A stretch of DNA of 62,512 nt, counting the filler, from Bipalium vagum (lineage: Eukaryota): NCBI GenBank assembly GCA_037834085.1. It is 3 parts of 3 records of this genome, joined end to end, with 100 filler letters (N's around TTAATTAATTAA, not from the genome) between each part and the next. Parts side by side here need not be neighbours in the genome. Positions count along the whole stretch, not along the records: positions 46,014 to 62,512 come from JBBMKC010108302.1; 2 more parts are not named here. One strand, 5' to 3'. Made by a program: the position numbers and the translations under genes. How positions within the stretch are numbered: the stretch's first letter is position 1; the number at the start of each line of letters is the position of its first letter. Shown in pieces: positions 62,451 through 62,512 of this stretch. A model generated the notes under the pieces. The model searched no databases. It worked only from the letters and a program-made list of their open reading frames with translations, and was not told the DNA's origin.

Positions 62451-62512
<62 letters not shown>
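62451..62512. repeat. (ATT)n microsatellite
   Basis: perfect run to the window end. Confidence 0.97.

Overview
AT-rich eukaryotic (animal) genomic window with many short (~35-65 nt) spliceosomal introns. The junctophilin and uL14 sequences look platyhelminth-like (possibly a triclad), but this is inference. Host genes, reconstructed by hand: a ~33-exon GCN2/EIF2AK4 (834-13927, +); a tail-anchored glycerol-kinase-like protein with degenerate catalytic motifs (19818-21938, +); a C2B-only RIM-like gene (25367-38384, +); a small orphan type II membrane protein (43458-43814, +) lying tail-to-tail with RPL23/uL14 (43958-44430, -); an intronless SERBP1/Vig/Stm1-like gene (48663-49406, -); and the 5' part of a junctophilin (51083->57776, +). 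The remainder is decayed, often nested transposons: many mariner/Tc1/maT/pogo copies, Ty3/gypsy internal remnants, a family of related LTRs, LINE scraps and a tRNA-Ala-derived pseudogene. There are three assembly gaps, two with an artificial linker. Most notable: (i) a domain of strong ATCGAT enrichment confined to the GCN2 gene body; (ii) a GCN2 lacking the motif-2 Arg, the first activation-loop Thr and the DFG Phe; (iii) the pseudo-glycerol kinase, whose first recognisable coding exon has no ATG, as expected if a flatworm spliced leader supplies the AUG; (iv) a SERBP1-like protein with FNGERK repeats instead of RGG. All exon boundaries and counts are manual and need computational confirmation.
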